Below, one piece after another: positions 1 to 9,861 of a DNA stretch of 64,000 nucleotides. Position 1 is the stretch's first letter. Each line of letters begins with the position of its first letter. The translations under genes were made by a program, and so were the position numbers. The DNA comes from Anaerolineales bacterium (GTDB lineage: Bacteria > Chloroflexota > Anaerolineae > Anaerolineales > JABWBV01), in the NCBI GenBank assembly GCA_035512695.1, contig DATKDL010000227.1:6941-70940 (forward strand), given 5' to 3'. Under the pieces are notes generated by a model. That model made no database searches and had not been told where the DNA came from. It saw only the letters and a list, made by a program, of their open reading frames with translations.

Positions 1-79
1 CATTGTCTATGCCTTCATGCAGGCAGTCGGGATGGTCAACGACCATTCGGTAGATTGCTTCCGAAAAAACCGGGTTTAG
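1..79 (+). CDS. tag: DNA-3-methyladenine glycosylase I, 3' end only (5' part outside window)
   Basis: Frame starting at nt 2 reads IVYAFMQAVGMVNDHSVDCFRKNRV then TAG at 77-79. This matches the conserved Tag C-terminal FMQAxGxVNDHxxxC pattern. Confidence 0.7.
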   Translation, partial: IVYAFMQAVGMVNDHSVDCFRKNRV

Positions 80-166
80 AACCTATCCGAAAATTACCGA
101 CTTGATTAGATCGCAAAAATGGAAGTAGAATCAGGCTTCGCACAACCTCTTCCCCCCTTAAAGTTG

Positions 167-193
167 GAGAGCCGGGTTGCCAACCCGGCTCTC
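167..193. other. GC-rich stem-loop downstream of tag (possible terminator)
   Basis: Inverted repeat GAGAGCCGGGTTG / CAACCCGGCTCTC. No U-tract on either strand, so a terminator role is uncertain. Confidence 0.3.
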
Positions 194-259
194 AAATAAG
201 GAGGAGAAGAAGAGTTATCGCCCTTCCCCTATATTGTAGAGAAAAACGACCGATCCGTC

Positions 260-287
260 TTGACGATTAACCTACGCAAATTATACG
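260..287 (+). promoter_or_regulatory. Candidate sigma70-like promoter for the ABC-2 operon
   Basis: TTGACG (260-265), 16-nt spacer, TATACG (282-287). It lies inside the only AT-rich stretch (80-375) upstream of the ATG at 376. By-eye hexamer match only. Confidence 0.25.
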
Positions 288-375
288 TTTACCCACCGTT
301 TTTTTATTGATTTTGCGTACAATAGGTTTTTTGTCAGAAATTGTGAAGAAAATATAAAGAACGATCCGCACAAGG

Positions 376-1386
376 ATGTCTATGAAACAGGCCATATTCA
401 CCGAAAACCTCGGCAGGGTTTACAAGCTGCGCGGCGGTAAAAAAGAGGACCCCAGGGAGCTGGTCGCCCTCGACGGCGTCAACGTGGAGGTCGCGCAAGG
501 GGAGCTGTTCGGGCTGCTCGGTCCGAACGGCGCCGGGAAGACGACGCTGATCAAAATCCTGACGACCCTGCTGTCCCCCACCACCGGCCGGGCGGAGGTG
601 GCCGGGTTCGACGTCGACCGGCAGCCCGAGCAGGTCCGGCCGCGCATCAACATGGTCTCCGGCGGCGAGTCGTCCGGTTACGGGCTGCTGACCGTGCGAG
701 AGAACCTGTGGATGTTCGCCCAGTTCTATGGGATCCCATCGAAGATCGCCAACGCCCGGATCAAGGAGATGCTGGAGATCGTCGGGCTGGGGGATCGGAT
801 CAACACCAAGTCGTCCGACCTGTCCACCGGGCTGCGGCAGAAGATGAACATCGTCCGAGGCTTCCTGACCGATCCGGACGTCCTGTTCCTGGACGAGCCG
901 ACTCTCGGGCTGGACGTTGGCGCCGCGCGGGACGTCCGCAAGTTCATCCGCGCCTGGATGGAGGAGTCTGCAGACCGGACCCTGCTGCTGACCACCCATT
1001 ACATGGTCGAGGCGGACGACCTGTGCGACCGGGTCGCCATCATCAACGGCGGGAAGGTCCTGGCTTGCGACACGCCGGCCAACCTGAAGCACTCGCTCCA
1101 GCGCGACGCCCTGTTCCGGCTGGAAGTTTCCCCGCTGAACGGGCTGTCTCCGGAGATCTTCGAAGCGATCCCGGGGGTCCGCAAGACGGTCCACCGCCCG
1201 CGTGACGGGCGCTCGGTGCTCGAGTTCATCCTGGAGGAGGAGAACGTCCTGGCGGCCGTGATGAGCAGCCTGACCGAGAACGACCTGACGGTCATGAACC
1301 TTCAGAAGCGCGAGCCGACCCTGGAGGACGTCTTCGTCGAACTGGTCGGAAAGAGCATGTCGGAGGTGGAACATGGCGGTGGGTGA
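376..1386 (+). CDS. ABC transporter ATP-binding protein (ABC-2/DrrA-like exporter ATPase)
   Basis: Walker A GLLGPNGAGKTT, signature LSTGLRQK, Walker B VLFLDEPTLGLD. Followed by two ABC-2 permease genes. Confidence 0.9.
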   Translation: MSMKQAIFTENLGRVYKLRGGKKEDPRELVALDGVNVEVAQGELFGLLGPNGAGKTTLIKILTTLLSPTTGRAEVAGFDVDRQPEQVRPRINMVSGGESSGYGLLTVRENLWMFAQFYGIPSKIANARIKEMLEIVGLGDRINTKSSDLSTGLRQKMNIVRGFLTDPDVLFLDEPTLGLDVGAARDVRKFIRAWMEESADRTLLLTTHYMVEADDLCDRVAIINGGKVLACDTPANLKHSLQRDALFRLEVSPLNGLSPEIFEAIPGVRKTVHRPRDGRSVLEFILEEENVLAAVMSSLTENDLTVMNLQKREPTLEDVFVELVGKSMSEVEHGGG

Positions 1387-2233
1387 GCGCGTCTTCATGG
1401 CCCGGGGGATCCGGAAAAACACCGGTGCGCGGCTGTTCATCCAGACCGTCCTGGCCCGGGCCTACCCGCGCGTGATCGGGCAGCAGCGCGAGAAATCCTG
1501 GGTCTTCTTCGACATCGCCCTGCCGATGATCGCGGTCTCGTCGTATGTCTTCGTCTACCGGGCGATCGGTGCGCCGGATGACTACGTCGGCTTCGTCGTC
1601 ATGGGCGGTGCGATGACGGCCTTCTGGCTGAACGTACTGTGGAGCATGTCCAGCCAGCTATACTGGGAGAAGGAGACCGGCAACCTCGGACTCTATATTA
1701 TGGCGCCAAACTCGCTGATGGCGATCCTGCTCGGGATGGCGCTTGGCGGGATGTTAGCGACGACGATGCGGGCGCTGGTCATCACCGTGCTCGGCAGCTG
1801 GTTCTTTGACGTCAACTTCGTCGTGACCAGCTATTTTCAGCTCTTCGCCGTCTTTATGCTGACGATGGTGGCCCTGTACGGGATGGGGATGATGTTCGCT
1901 TCGCTGTTCCTGCTGCTCAGCCGGGAGGCGTGGCATTGGTCCAACCTGGCGCAGGAGCCGGTCTACCTGGCGTCCGGGTTTTACTTCCCGATCAAGAGCT
2001 TCAATTTCTGGATCGCAGCCGGTGCATCGATCATCCCTTTGACCCTCGGGATGGACGCGATGCGGCAGCTCGTCTTCGAGACCGGGCCGACGCTCGGGTT
2101 CGCCAGCGTCCCGCTGGAGATCGGCGTGCTGACCGGCCTGGCAGTCCTGTTCCTCGTCGGAGCACGGTGGCTGCTGCGCTACATGGAACGGTTGGCGATC
2201 CGGGAAGGACGGATCACAGAGAGCAGGAGGTAA
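1373..2233 (+). CDS. ABC-2 type transporter permease
   Basis: Six-TM-like hydrophobic profile. ATG 1373 overlaps the ATPase stop by 14 nt, with GGAGG 5 nt upstream. Operon context. Confidence 0.8.
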   Translation: MAVGERVFMARGIRKNTGARLFIQTVLARAYPRVIGQQREKSWVFFDIALPMIAVSSYVFVYRAIGAPDDYVGFVVMGGAMTAFWLNVLWSMSSQLYWEKETGNLGLYIMAPNSLMAILLGMALGGMLATTMRALVITVLGSWFFDVNFVVTSYFQLFAVFMLTMVALYGMGMMFASLFLLLSREAWHWSNLAQEPVYLASGFYFPIKSFNFWIAAGASIIPLTLGMDAMRQLVFETGPTLGFASVPLEIGVLTGLAVLFLVGARWLLRYMERLAIREGRITESRR

Positions 2234-2240
2234 GCGACCG

Positions 2241-3128
2241 ATGGCTGCATCCGAAACGATCGCCAACGCGGGCCGACCGGTAGCCCGTTTCTGGCACTCC
2301 TTCAGGACCGCTGCCTGGCTCGGCTGGCAGATCGAATCCAACTGGACCGACCTGCTCGTGTTCGCAATCTATTCGATCATCAAGCCGCTGGCCAGCTCCG
2401 CCATCCTCGTGGTCATGTACGCGATCATCACCGGCGGGAACTTCGAATCGCCCGTGTTCCCGTATATCTACCTTGGGAACGCCTTCTACCAGTACGTCGG
2501 TGCGATCATGGCCGGGATCTCCTGGGCCGTGATCGAGGACCGGGAGCACTACCGCACCTTGAAATACATCTACGTCGCCCCGCTCAATATCCCTTCGTAC
2601 CTGCTCGGACGCGGGATCGCCCGGTTCCTGACGGGGACGATCTCGGTGGCCGTCGTCGTCCTGACCGGTGTGCTGTTCCTCAAGGTCCCGGTTGATCCGG
2701 CACTTGTGAACTGGCCGCTCTTCCTGGTCTCGCTGCTGATCGGGGTAATTATGCTGGCGATGATGGGGCTGATCCTGGCGGGGATCACCCTGCTGATTGC
2801 CAACCACGTCTGGTTTCTCGGGGAGGGGGTGGCCGGGGCGCTGTACCTGTTCAGCGGAGCCATCTTCCCGCTGGAGGTCCTGCCGGCCTGGCTGCGCCCG
2901 GTCGGCTTCGCCATGCCGATCACCTACTGGCTGGAGCTGATCCGGCGGTCGCTTGTCGGGCAGGTGGCCGAGGCCTTTCCCACGCTGGCCGGCTTCAGCA
3001 GCGGCGAGCTGCTGGCGATCCTGGCCGGGATGACCGTCCTGTTCGGGACGGCCTCGATCTTCATCTTCCGCCGCTGCGACCATCTCGCCCGCGAACGGGG
3101 GATGATCGATATGACGACGAATTATTAA
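2241..3128 (+). CDS. ABC-2 type transporter permease (second subunit)
   Basis: Polytopic membrane protein. AGGAGG lies 10 nt upstream of ATG 2241. Same operon as 376-2233. Confidence 0.8.
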   Translation: MAASETIANAGRPVARFWHSFRTAAWLGWQIESNWTDLLVFAIYSIIKPLASSAILVVMYAIITGGNFESPVFPYIYLGNAFYQYVGAIMAGISWAVIEDREHYRTLKYIYVAPLNIPSYLLGRGIARFLTGTISVAVVVLTGVLFLKVPVDPALVNWPLFLVSLLIGVIMLAMMGLILAGITLLIANHVWFLGEGVAGALYLFSGAIFPLEVLPAWLRPVGFAMPITYWLELIRRSLVGQVAEAFPTLAGFSSGELLAILAGMTVLFGTASIFIFRRCDHLARERGMIDMTTNY

Positions 3129-3131
3129 TTC

Positions 3132-3183
3132 CGCAAAATCGGGGCGCACCGGGAAAAATTACCCGGTGCGCTCCAATTTTGCG
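3132..3183 (+). terminator. Stem-loop terminator after the ABC-2 operon
   Basis: CGCAAAATCGGGGCGCACCGGG / CCCGGTGCGCTCCAATTTTGCG: 22-bp stem with 2 mismatches and an AAAAATTA loop, starting 4 nt after the stop. Confidence 0.5.
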
Positions 3184-3199
3184 TTACACTCCATAAGCG

Positions 3200-3973
3200 T
3201 TGAGGTCAACAACCGCCTTCCTTAGGATCGTCGACCGGCAAACATTCATCGTGACCGGTTTGGCGATGCTTTCGACTTATCTGAGCCGCCGCTTCGGGGT
3301 CGTCGGCGAACTGCCGATCGACCTGATCGGGATCGCCGTCGTCTTCCCGCTCGTCTTCTCGATCAACAGCGCCTACCGGATGCGTGAAGACGCGCTGCTG
3401 GCCTTTGCGAACTTGAAGGGGAGTTCGATTGCCCTGTTCTACGCGCCTCGCGATTGGGGGAAGGACAAAGAAGCAGCGCAGCGGGCCCGCACGTTGATCG
3501 ATGAACTGCTGCACGTCCTCTCCGCCGATGTTCGGGAAAAAAGCCGGCAAAACCATGACGTGCGCCTGGGCAGGATCTTCGAGATCTATTCGGAGATCTC
3601 CGTCTCGATCGAGCGGCTGCGCAGACGGGGCGGCTCTTCCGAGGACGTCTCTCGCGCCAACGAGTACCTGAAGAACATGATGGTCGATATCGAGCGAATG
3701 AACAACATCGCTTACTATCGGACCCCCATTTCCTTGCGGGCGTTCACGCGCGTATTCGTGAACCTGCTACCGATCCTGTTCGGGCCGCATTTCGCCTCCC
3801 TCGATTATCCGGCGTTCCCGGTTGTCAGCTACGTTGTCGCGGGGCTTTACGCTTTCGTCCTGGTCAGCCTGGACAACGTCCAGGACCACCTGGAAAACCC
3901 GTTCGACGGGATCGGGGTCGACGACCTGCAGCTTAACGTGGTGGACGAGTTGATCGAACTGCTGGAGGAATAA
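3200..3973 (+). CDS. Bestrophin-like (UPF0187/YneE family) anion channel homologue
   Basis: GIAVVFPLVFSINSAYRMREDA and LDNVQDHLENPFDGIGVDDLQLN resemble bacterial bestrophin motifs (FRNSxSYxRFxEA and EELEDPFG..NDLPLN). The track start is TTG 3200; the alternative ATG at 3266 is plausible. Confidence 0.65.
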   Translation: MRSTTAFLRIVDRQTFIVTGLAMLSTYLSRRFGVVGELPIDLIGIAVVFPLVFSINSAYRMREDALLAFANLKGSSIALFYAPRDWGKDKEAAQRARTLIDELLHVLSADVREKSRQNHDVRLGRIFEIYSEISVSIERLRRRGGSSEDVSRANEYLKNMMVDIERMNNIAYYRTPISLRAFTRVFVNLLPILFGPHFASLDYPAFPVVSYVVAGLYAFVLVSLDNVQDHLENPFDGIGVDDLQLNVVDELIELLEE

Positions 3974-3975
3974 AT

Positions 3976-4917
3976 ATGGCAAAACCCATCGTATTGATCA
4001 CAGACGGCCTGGAAGAAGCCGGGCTGAAGCTCCTGGCCGAGGCCGCCGAGGTCAAAGACTGCACCGGGATTTCGGCGGAGGATCTGCCGGCCGCCCTGGC
4101 CGCTGCGGACGCCGTCATCGTCCGGAGCCGGACGAAGATGACGGCGTCCGTCCTCGAAGCGGCGAGCCGGCTTAAAGTCATCGGCCGGGCCGGGATCGGG
4201 GTCGACTCGATCGATATCGACTCGGCCAGGACCTGCAAGATCGTCGTCGTCAACACCCCGGTCGCGACCACCACGGCGGTCGCCGAGCACGCCCTGGCAC
4301 TGATCCTGGCCCTGGCCCGCCGGATCACGGCCGCCGACGCCTCGATGAAGCAGGGCAAATGGCTCAAGAACGACCTGATGGGCGTGGAGCTGGCCGGACG
4401 GACCCTGGGGATCATCGGGGTCGGCAAAATCGGTCTGGCCGTTGCCCGCCGGGCTTCGCCCTTCCACCTGGAGATCATCGGCTACGATCCATACATGCAG
4501 CCCGAAGCGCTGCGCGCCGCAAACGTCGAACCGGTCGAACTCAACGCGCTCTACGCCCGGGCGGACATCCTCTCGCTGCACGTCCCGCTCACCCCTGAGA
4601 CGCAGGGGATGCTCGACGACGACGCCTTCAAAAAGGTCAAACCCGGCGTACTCGTGGTCTCGACTTCCCGGGGCGAGGTGATCGATGAAGCCGCCCTCCT
4701 CGAAGCCCTGCAAAGCGGCCGGGTGGCAGGCGCAGCACTGGACGTTTTCAGCAAAGAACCGCCCGGGCTGACCCCGCTGGTTGCGCATCCGAACGTGATC
4801 GCCACCCCGCACATCGCAGCGCAGACGGGGGAAGCCCAGGAGCGGGCAGCCGTCGATATCGCAACGGAGGTTTTGAACGCCCTGGGGGATCAGCCGCTTC
4901 GTTGGCGCATCGTGTGA
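3976..4917 (+). CDS. D-isomer-specific 2-hydroxyacid dehydrogenase (short phosphoglycerate dehydrogenase-like, no ACT domain)
   Basis: NAD-binding GIIGVGKIGLAVARR. Catalytic-domain motifs HVPLTPETQGML and ATPHIAAQT. Confidence 0.85.
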   Translation: MAKPIVLITDGLEEAGLKLLAEAAEVKDCTGISAEDLPAALAAADAVIVRSRTKMTASVLEAASRLKVIGRAGIGVDSIDIDSARTCKIVVVNTPVATTTAVAEHALALILALARRITAADASMKQGKWLKNDLMGVELAGRTLGIIGVGKIGLAVARRASPFHLEIIGYDPYMQPEALRAANVEPVELNALYARADILSLHVPLTPETQGMLDDDAFKKVKPGVLVVSTSRGEVIDEAALLEALQSGRVAGAALDVFSKEPPGLTPLVAHPNVIATPHIAAQTGEAQERAAVDIATEVLNALGDQPLRWRIV

Positions 4918-6008
4918 TGAGCGAAACGAAAACCACTCCAACGATCGTCGTCATGCACGGGGATCAGACCGGTGAGGAACTCCTGCTGGATGCGCTGCGG
5001 GTCCTCGAAACCCGGCTGATCCGCCAGCCGCTCGAGTTCCTGCATTTCGATCTCGGCCTGTCTAACCGCCAGTCTACGAAGAACATCGTCGTTCACGAAG
5101 CGGCCGCGGCCGCGGTGCGGACCGGGCTGGCCCTGAAAGCCGCCACGATCACACCGGAGAAAAAGGGCGATGTCGGGTCGCCGAACGCGATCCTGCGCGA
5201 GGAGATAGCCGGAAAGGTGATCCTGCGGACCGGCCGGCGCATCCCAAACATCCGCCCGATGGGCGGCGTCCATGCCCCGATCGCCATCGTGCGCATGGCG
5301 GTCGAGGATGCATATGGGGCGAAAGAGTGGCGTGAAGGCACCGGCACCGCGGAGCGGGCCTACCGGACCTCGGTCATCACCCGTTCCACCTGCAGGGCGG
5401 TGGCCGAATTCTCGTTCCAATATGCCCGGCGGAACCGGGCCCGCGTGTTCGGCGGTCCCAAGTTCACCGTCAGCCCGGTCTACGAGGGGATGTTCAAGGA
5501 AGAGCTGGACGCGGCAGCCGAACGGAATCCGGACGTCCTTTACCAACCGCTCCTGATCGACGCGACCTTCGCCCTCTTGCTTCAGACCAGCGGAGAACCA
5601 CTGGTGATCCCGGCGCTCAACCGCGACGGGGATCTGCTCTCGGACATGGTCCTTCAAATGTACGGCAGCATCGCCGGCAGCGAGAGCCTCGTGCTCGGTT
5701 TCGACGACGACTCCCTGGAAGTCGCCACGGTGATGGCGGAGGCCCCACACGGAACCGCGCCGGCCCTGGAGGGGAAGAACATCGCCAACCCGATGGCCAT
5801 GATCCTGGCGTGCGCAGCCCTGCTCGTCTACGTCCGATCATCTGAGGCGGACCGGGCCTCGCGGGCCATTTACGAGAGCGTCTTCGAAACGCTTTACGAC
5901 GGCGGCGCCACCCCGGATTTGGGCGGTCAGATGACGACCACCGAGTTCACCGACGAGGTGATTCGACGCGTCGCCGCCAAGCTCGAGGTCTGGTCTACAC
6001 TGTCCTGA
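4917..6008 (+). CDS. Isocitrate/isopropylmalate dehydrogenase family protein
   Basis: IVVMHGDQTGEE N-terminus and a GDLLSDMV motif typical of the beta-decarboxylating dehydrogenase family. ATG 4917 overlaps the upstream TGA (TGATG), so this start is preferred over the track start 4902. Confidence 0.8.
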   Translation: MSETKTTPTIVVMHGDQTGEELLLDALRVLETRLIRQPLEFLHFDLGLSNRQSTKNIVVHEAAAAAVRTGLALKAATITPEKKGDVGSPNAILREEIAGKVILRTGRRIPNIRPMGGVHAPIAIVRMAVEDAYGAKEWREGTGTAERAYRTSVITRSTCRAVAEFSFQYARRNRARVFGGPKFTVSPVYEGMFKEELDAAAERNPDVLYQPLLIDATFALLLQTSGEPLVIPALNRDGDLLSDMVLQMYGSIAGSESLVLGFDDDSLEVATVMAEAPHGTAPALEGKNIANPMAMILACAALLVYVRSSEADRASRAIYESVFETLYDGGATPDLGGQMTTTEFTDEVIRRVAAKLEVWSTLS

Positions 6009-6093
6009 CCGGCCGGCCGGTTTCTAAACTGCCCCTTAACCCGCTCCGTTATAATTTTCCACCGCATGGAACGAGCCGGTGTATTCAAACGTT

Positions 6094-6172
6094 GTCAGGG
6101 AAAAACAGGCTATCGAGCACCCTGCCCGGCTTCGCCGGGCAGGGTGCTCGATAGCCTGTTTTTCCACCTGAC
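6094..6172 (+). terminator. Very long hairpin terminator after the dehydrogenase pair
   Basis: Perfect 32-bp stem 6099-6130 / 6134-6165 (GGAAAAACAGGCTATCGAGCACCCTGCCCGGC..) with apical GCTTCGC. A further 5 bp pair after a 2-nt bulge. The T-run lies in the 3' arm. Confidence 0.65.
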
Positions 6173-6175
6173 AAA

Positions 6176-7258
6176 ATGTGGGTGCTCCCAATGAGCGTTA
6201 TGCACAGGTTCCGCCATCCGGCCGGACGGTCTCACTCCGGCAGCCAGACGACGAAACGGGCGAGACGCACGGTATTCAGCCCGGCGATCGCGGCGGCCCT
6301 GTTCTGGCTGGGGCTGACCGGCTGCACCCCGGCCGAGCCCGCACCGCGGATCACGGCGATCCCGACCGAACTGCTGCCGACCTCGATCGCCCTGACTGTG
6401 CAGGCGCAGACGACCCCCGGGTCACCGCCTGCCGGCGCGTCCGCTGCCGGGAGCGGTCAACAGGCCGGGGAAACCGGATCTGCGCCAGCTCCAGCCGCGA
6501 CCGCGACTTCACCACTCGCCGAGGCCATTCCATCCGCCACGGCGAGCCTGGCCCCCAGAGCCACCGTCTCGCCAACCCCGACCGCGGCGCCGGAAATTCC
6601 GGCGGCTGAGATTGAGATCACTGCGCCGGGCACGCTTTCGAAGGTTATTTCCCCGATCCCGGTCCGGGCGCTGCTGATACCCGGCGACCAGGGACGGGTG
6701 ACGATCGACCTCCTCGGGGAGAACGGCCGGCTGCTGACCCGCCAGATCGTCGTCCTCAACCCCGACCTGGGTCGCAAAGCCGGCCTGGTTTTGGACCTGG
6801 TGTACGAGATCCCGGTCGAAGTCGAACTCGGCCGGCTCGTCATCTACCGGCAGGATGAAAGCGGTCGCACGACGGCGCTTTCATCGGTGGACCTGGTCCT
6901 GCTGGATTCGGGTCAACCCGATTACAATCCGATACTCGACCGCTCGGCTGCCGTCATCATCCAGGAACCGCTGCCCGAAAACCTCGTACAGGGCGGGACC
7001 GTCCTCGTCTCGGGTCTCGCCCGACCGTCTGCCGGGGGAGGGCTGGTTGCCGAACTGATCGGGGAGACCGGCCAGGTGGTCGGCCAGCGCGTCTTCGATG
7101 TGACTGCGGGTGCGGGCGAGGTGTACGCCTCGTTCAGCGTCGAAATCCCGTACAATGTCGCCGAGCCAACCTGGGTTCTGCTGATCATCCGCGAGCGCGG
7201 AGAGCGGATCCCGGGGATTGTCTATCTCACCAGCACGGAGGTCTTACTCAGTCCATGA
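6176..7258 (+). CDS. Hypothetical lipoprotein with Ala/Pro/Thr-rich linker
   Basis: Lipobox-like LFWLGLTGC after a basic N-terminus, a low-complexity linker, then a globular C-terminal part. The start could be any of three Met codons in the first 9 codons. Confidence 0.6.
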   Translation: MWVLPMSVMHRFRHPAGRSHSGSQTTKRARRTVFSPAIAAALFWLGLTGCTPAEPAPRITAIPTELLPTSIALTVQAQTTPGSPPAGASAAGSGQQAGETGSAPAPAATATSPLAEAIPSATASLAPRATVSPTPTAAPEIPAAEIEITAPGTLSKVISPIPVRALLIPGDQGRVTIDLLGENGRLLTRQIVVLNPDLGRKAGLVLDLVYEIPVEVELGRLVIYRQDESGRTTALSSVDLVLLDSGQPDYNPILDRSAAVIIQEPLPENLVQGGTVLVSGLARPSAGGGLVAELIGETGQVVGQRVFDVTAGAGEVYASFSVEIPYNVAEPTWVLLIIRERGERIPGIVYLTSTEVLLSP

Positions 7259-9102
7259 TCCCGCACCTACTGCTGCATCTCCACTCACGGAGGTTTCACA
7301 ACGCCGCGAATGCGATCGCACTTGCGGTCCTTGCTGCTTCGCTTCTGGCCGCCTGCTCGACCGGCCCGTCCACGGCGATCCCGCTGCCGACTGCCAAAGT
7401 CCCAAGCCTTTTCGAGGTCAACAGCGCAATCGATCATTGGGAAACGTCCGGCAACGATAATTATTTCGTTGCCGTGGAGGAGACGAGCGCCGCCGGGACC
7501 TTCCTGTACCGGGTCGTGATCATGGACGGGGAAATCCAGGCGGCGCAGCGTCTGGAGCTGGTCGACGGAGCCTGGCAGCAGCCGGTCGCCCTCGACCGGG
7601 ACACGGCCGAGCAGTACACGGTCGATGCGCTCCACGAGCGCATCCTGAACGACATCCAGGGGGAAGGGGCGGCACCGCTCAACATGCTCGTTGTCTACGA
7701 CGATGTCGACGGACACCCGACCCTGGTCGATGCAACCGCCATACAGAGCTACAACGAGGCGGGTCAGATCAGGCTGAACCGGGAGCATTCGTATGTCCTG
7801 ACGATCGCCGTGGATGTGCTGCTCGAAGACAGCTTCGGAGCGAATAAAAACCCGATACTGACCCTGACGCGCAGCGGCGGCGAATCGGCCGCCTGCAGCA
7901 CGCTTCGGATCTACGACGACGGTACGTCGCTCTATGCCGACAACTGCCGCCAAATCCTGCTCCAGCTGCGCCCTCCGGAGGACAGCTTCACCCGGCTCCA
8001 GGACCTGGTGGCCGATTTCGCAAACATAATTGAAACCAGGATGGTTGATGGCCAGGCACAAGAATTCATCCTGCACGGCACCGGGGATGTGGACCCGGGC
8101 CCGGAAGCCTCGGCCGAAATTTGGGATCTGGCGCTCTCGCTGGACGAACTGCTTTCCCGGCCGATCGGAGAAGGGATCACCTTGCTGGTCCGGGGCGGCG
8201 ACGCCATGTTCGGCGTCGACATGCGCAGCAGCCTCTCCCAGCCGGCGACGATCGACCTGTCGCCCCCGCTCCACGGCGGTCTGGTGAATGGATCGGGGGA
8301 TCTGCTGGTTTACAGCGACGCTGCAGGGCTGAAATGGCTGGAAACGGTCAGCGGGGATGCGGGCACTTACTTTTCAAACACGGCGGCGACATGGGTCGTG
8401 CCGGTCGCGATGACCGGGGATGAGCGGGTGGTCCTGAATCGCTATTCGTCCGGATCCGATCAGGTGGAATGGGGTTGGGTTTCGCTGGAAGAACGGTCCT
8501 GGCAGCCCCTGCCGGTCCTTGGGAGCTGTATAACCGATGTGGGCGCCAGCCCGGTTGACGGGCGGCTGGCGGTGGCGACGGGGAGCGGCGACGGCTGCGA
8601 GTCGGAAGCCGCCGTCTGGGTCATCGACCTGGCCGCGGGGGAGGCCGTGCCGATCGCCGAAGAAATGGGCGGAGCGGAACACATCGCCTGGTCGCCGGAC
8701 GGTGCGTGGCTGGCGTATGCGGCGCCCGGGGGGAGCGTCGGCCAGGTCTATATTCTTCGTCCGGACGGCACGGAACGCACCGCGCTGACCGGGCACATTT
8801 CCGGTCTGGTCAGCGGCCTCGTGTGGAGACCGGGCGGGGAAACCCTGGTTTATGGGCTTCAGGGCGCCGGGGAAGCGGACGGGCTGTACGAAATGGATCC
8901 GGAGAACGGGGAAGCGGTCCTTTCGCTCCTGGGCGAGAACCTGGCGCCGATCGGGTTCGATCCATCCGGTGAATTCCTTGCTGTTGCGGAAGGAGCGGAT
9001 CTCGTTATTTGGGTCCTTTCGTTCGGACAGGTGCAGCCGGCGGCCCCGGGCGGCGCGGAGAACGGGTTTGTCGGCTTTATCGGTGGTGCAACCGAAGAGT
9101 AG
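7255..9102 (+). CDS. Hypothetical lipoprotein with TolB-like beta-propeller repeats
   Basis: Lipobox SLLAAC. C-terminal IAWSPDGAWLAYAAPGG...VYILRPDGTERTALT repeats are typical of TolB/WD40-like propellers. ATGA overlap with the upstream gene. Confidence 0.65.
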   Translation: MIPHLLLHLHSRRFHNAANAIALAVLAASLLAACSTGPSTAIPLPTAKVPSLFEVNSAIDHWETSGNDNYFVAVEETSAAGTFLYRVVIMDGEIQAAQRLELVDGAWQQPVALDRDTAEQYTVDALHERILNDIQGEGAAPLNMLVVYDDVDGHPTLVDATAIQSYNEAGQIRLNREHSYVLTIAVDVLLEDSFGANKNPILTLTRSGGESAACSTLRIYDDGTSLYADNCRQILLQLRPPEDSFTRLQDLVADFANIIETRMVDGQAQEFILHGTGDVDPGPEASAEIWDLALSLDELLSRPIGEGITLLVRGGDAMFGVDMRSSLSQPATIDLSPPLHGGLVNGSGDLLVYSDAAGLKWLETVSGDAGTYFSNTAATWVVPVAMTGDERVVLNRYSSGSDQVEWGWVSLEERSWQPLPVLGSCITDVGASPVDGRLAVATGSGDGCESEAAVWVIDLAAGEAVPIAEEMGGAEHIAWSPDGAWLAYAAPGGSVGQVYILRPDGTERTALTGHISGLVSGLVWRPGGETLVYGLQGAGEADGLYEMDPENGEAVLSLLGENLAPIGFDPSGEFLAVAEGADLVIWVLSFGQVQPAAPGGAENGFVGFIGGATEE

Positions 9103-9116
9103 CCCCACGACAATCC

Positions 9117-9169
9117 CTTAAAACGGGAGCGGCGAGCGCGCGGAGTGCGCTCGCCGCTCCGGTTTTAAG
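9117..9169. terminator. Bidirectional hairpin terminator between convergent genes
   Basis: CTTAAAACGGGAGCGGCGAGCGC / GCGCTCGCCGCTCCGGTTTTAAG: 23-bp stem with 1 mismatch, and A/T runs on both sides. Confidence 0.65.
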
Positions 9170-9175
9170 AGGTGG

Positions 9176-9385
9176 TCAGCGTTCCTCGGTGAGGTCCTGG
9201 ATTCGCAACTCGGCCGAATCGAGGAGATCGGAACAGCGGCGTGTGAGCTGCCGCCCGCGTTCGTAAAGTTCGATGGCTTGCTGCAGCGTCAGGGTCTCGG
9301 ATTCGAGGGCGGATACCACCTGTTCAAGCTGTTCGAACGCCATCTCGTAGCTCAGTTCTTCTGCGGGATTTGTGGGGACTTCCAT
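9176..9385 (-). CDS. xseB: Exodeoxyribonuclease VII small subunit
   Basis: 69 aa. LSYEMAFEQLEQVVSALESETLTLQQAIELYERG is the canonical XseB helical pattern. Lies downstream of xseA. Confidence 0.85.
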   Translation of the reverse strand: MEVPTNPAEELSYEMAFEQLEQVVSALESETLTLQQAIELYERGRQLTRRCSDLLDSAELRIQDLTEER

Positions 9386-9386
9386 T

Positions 9387-9857
9387 TCAGGTCTCCTGAT
9401 CCGGTTCCGGCTCGGTTCTCGGTTCCGAAGCAGGCCTCACCAGATATTTGCGCAGCGGAGCGTCGGCCGGGAGCACGGCATCGGCAACGTGGTCGAACTG
9501 GGCTCGCCGGAAACCGTGATCCGCCAGGAAGTGGGCGATATCCGGGCCGACATCCTGTTCGTATTTGTCCTGCACGACCAGGTGTTTGGCGCGGTTGGCG
9601 ACCAGGATCGCAAACCCGGCGGAAAGCATCAACGCCGCAAATGAGTAGACGAAAATGGCGCTGAAATCCACGCCGCGCGTGGCGAAGGTGATCGCCAACA
9701 GGATGATCAAGGGCACGATCAACAGACCGCAGCCGAGCCGCAGCGCGTTGTTGAAGGCCTGGCCTGAGAGGTTGATGCTCTGGGTCAGCAGGGTATCGTT
9801 AAATTCGACCACCCCTTCGGTCATGATCTGGTACTGTTCGTCGGTCAGGTCTGTCAT
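9387..9857 (-). CDS. Hypothetical two-TM membrane protein between xseA and xseB
   Basis: Start moved to the ATG at 9857 (MTDLTDEQ...), because the track start 9917 lies inside xseA. Two hydrophobic helices. Tight spacing to both neighbours. Confidence 0.55.
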   Translation of the reverse strand: MTDLTDEQYQIMTEGVVEFNDTLLTQSINLSGQAFNNALRLGCGLLIVPLIILLAITFATRGVDFSAIFVYSFAALMLSAGFAILVANRAKHLVVQDKYEQDVGPDIAHFLADHGFRRAQFDHVADAVLPADAPLRKYLVRPASEPRTEPEPDQET

Positions 9858-9861
9858 GCTA

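Noticed and set aside
198-220. Strong Shine-Dalgarno-like AAGGAGG in the AT-rich region after tag.
   Set aside because: No ATG, GTG or TTG lies within a usable distance downstream, and no ORF follows.
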